Program-made: the position numbers and the translations under genes | Assembly: GCA_964016885.1 (NCBI GenBank) | Contig: OZ024760.1 | Location: forward strand, 22,940,001 to 23,004,000 | Length of the DNA stretch: 64,000 bases | Direction: 5' to 3' | From: Eledone cirrhosa | Taxonomy: Eukaryota | In this document: positions 62,145 to 64,000 of the stretch, piece by piece | How the letters are laid out: each line of letters starts with the position of its first letter | Position numbering within the stretch: position 1 is the stretch's first letter | Notes under the pieces: generated by a model | What the model saw: only the letters and a program-made list of their open reading frames with translations | Told to the model about the DNA's origin: nothing | Database searches by the model: none

Positions 62145-62634
62145 ATATATATATCTACCTTGTTGAATTTAATGATGAAGTTGATTAAATAATAGAAATG
62201 TATGACCATTAACAGAGACATCTAGATGCAGTTAGACTAAGAGACAGCGATGTCACGCCATGAAATAAGATATGATATGACGTACACTTTTCACTACCTA
62301 GTCTTGCATTCAAACATCACCTGCAACAATGCAAAAACTTGAGAGCTATTTGTCTAGACAAACTTAATTAACTTTATATAATAATTTAATTATTTATTTT
62401 GATAATTTTCTCACATGATCAGCTCATCAGTTTTTTTTCTTTGAGTGAGGGGATGGTCTGATGATATACCTTTAGCAATAAACCAATCAGTGAAGTGGAA
62501 TTGAAAATTAATGAAAGAAAATACAAAGAAAAAATTACAGAAATAACAGAAATTATGTGATAGGAAATGGAAGATATTTTTATGCGTAAGTGAATATATA
62601 TATATATATGTATACACACACACACACACACATG

Positions 62635-62672
<38 letters not shown>

Positions 62673-62886
62673 GTAAAATAATCGAGTATCGAAAAATCGG
62701 CGAACGAGTTCACGATAAACAAAATTCGATATGAGCGGCAGAGGGCTCAATAATTTAGATAAATCAGAGCTATAACTATCGTTAATATACCGTCACACAT
62801 AGAATAAGTCTATAATCAAACATACAACCGAAAAATTGCGATCTGGAAGATTCGGGACACTCAGATAAAAAATCAATAAATCAAAA

Positions 62887-63017
<131 letters not shown>

Positions 63018-63177
63018 ATAGGAAAAGAGTCAGAACCCCGACGGCAGAGCTCAAGTCGTTTCGACAGCTATTTCTGGCCGGGGTTCTGACTCTTTTCCTA
63101 TTACCCACTGTACTATCCAAAGTATCGAGTACTCTGGTGTGTTATGGTCGACCTGGTCCCTTACCACACTTCGTTAT
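63018..63177. mobile_element. Family D variant with an asymmetric fold-back
   Basis: ataggaaaagagtcagaaccccg / cggggttctgactcttttcctat plus the family D tail. Confidence 0.75.
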
Positions 63178-63584
63178 ATATATATATATATATAATAAAA
63201 GTAATAAGGATATTTATATTTATATATGTTTAATACAACTATAAATATGGATGGTAGTACTCAGTACCAAGCCGGTTACAGGTATGACAAAAGTCTCAAT
63301 GCAGATTTTCAAGTGTTTTAGAGAGCCGATATATATATATATATATATATGCATGTATATATGTCTTTCTCTTAATTTCGAATAGATTTTTGACCGGCCA
63401 CCTTCCAGGTGGCAACTTTTAAAGGAAAAGAAATTGTCATCACTTGAATCGCAAGAATATTTTGCAAATGTTGAAGGTTCCAGCTATCGTAGTCTATGAA
63501 TTAGGGAGCTGTGCTCTTTATCCACAAATCCAAGTTGAGTTATATTTTAGTCCAAGCGGGTTTGTATATAAACTATAGTTTAAA

Positions 63585-63695
63585 TAATTGTTTCTACTTT
63601 AGGCACAAGGCCAGCAAATACCCAGTGCATTACTGGTACTTTATTTTATCGACCCCGTAAGGATGAAAGTCAAAGTTAACATCGGCGGGATTTGA
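63585..63695 (-). mobile_element. 5'-truncated SINE with probable target-site duplication
   Basis: Consensus 3' half; aactatagtttaaataat occurs on both flanks (about 63571 and 63700). Confidence 0.85.
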
Positions 63696-63944
63696 GGTTA
63701 ACTATAGTTTAAATAATGAAAGTTTATGTATGCACGTGTGTATTGAAAAATGGATATAACACACAATTCGTAGATAGGTTCTTTATTATTTTAATGTTTT
63801 ATTATTTTTGTTGTTTATGAATCTATCATTGTAAATCGATACATTCACTTATATATAATGGTTACCCACCACTTATTTCTCATCCTGATATCCTAGAATC
63901 TAGTTGGATCTAGGACATAGACCCACTATACCGTCTTTCGTACA

Positions 63945-63982
<38 letters not shown>

Positions 63983-64000
63983 CATACACACACATATATA

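Overview
AT-rich eukaryotic non-coding DNA, intronic or intergenic. It is probably from an octopod cephalopod, inferred from the extreme (TA)n/(CA)n/(TATG)n content and the tRNA-derived Meta-domain and CORE SINEs. No host protein-coding gene can be supported, and nearly all ORF-track hits are microsatellite translations. Between the microsatellites lie about 25 SINE copies (two expanded into tandem arrays), decayed LINE fragments (R4/Dong, RTE, Tx1/L1-like), a Penelope-like (PLE) reverse transcriptase fragment, and three small DNA-transposon MITEs. The most notable signal is a dense set of about 10 apparently unrelated families of short non-coding elements sitting in (TA)n tracts. Many form head-to-head fold-back palindromes with family-fixed ends. 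Most carry hand-foldable type I hammerhead ribozymes (HHRs) with palindromic stem III, covarying stems, U3-A8 core variants and large stem II insertions. They are interpreted as non-autonomous, microsatellite-targeted PLE terminal-repeat (pLTR) derivatives. All folds and family assignments were made by eye, and family letters are my own labels.
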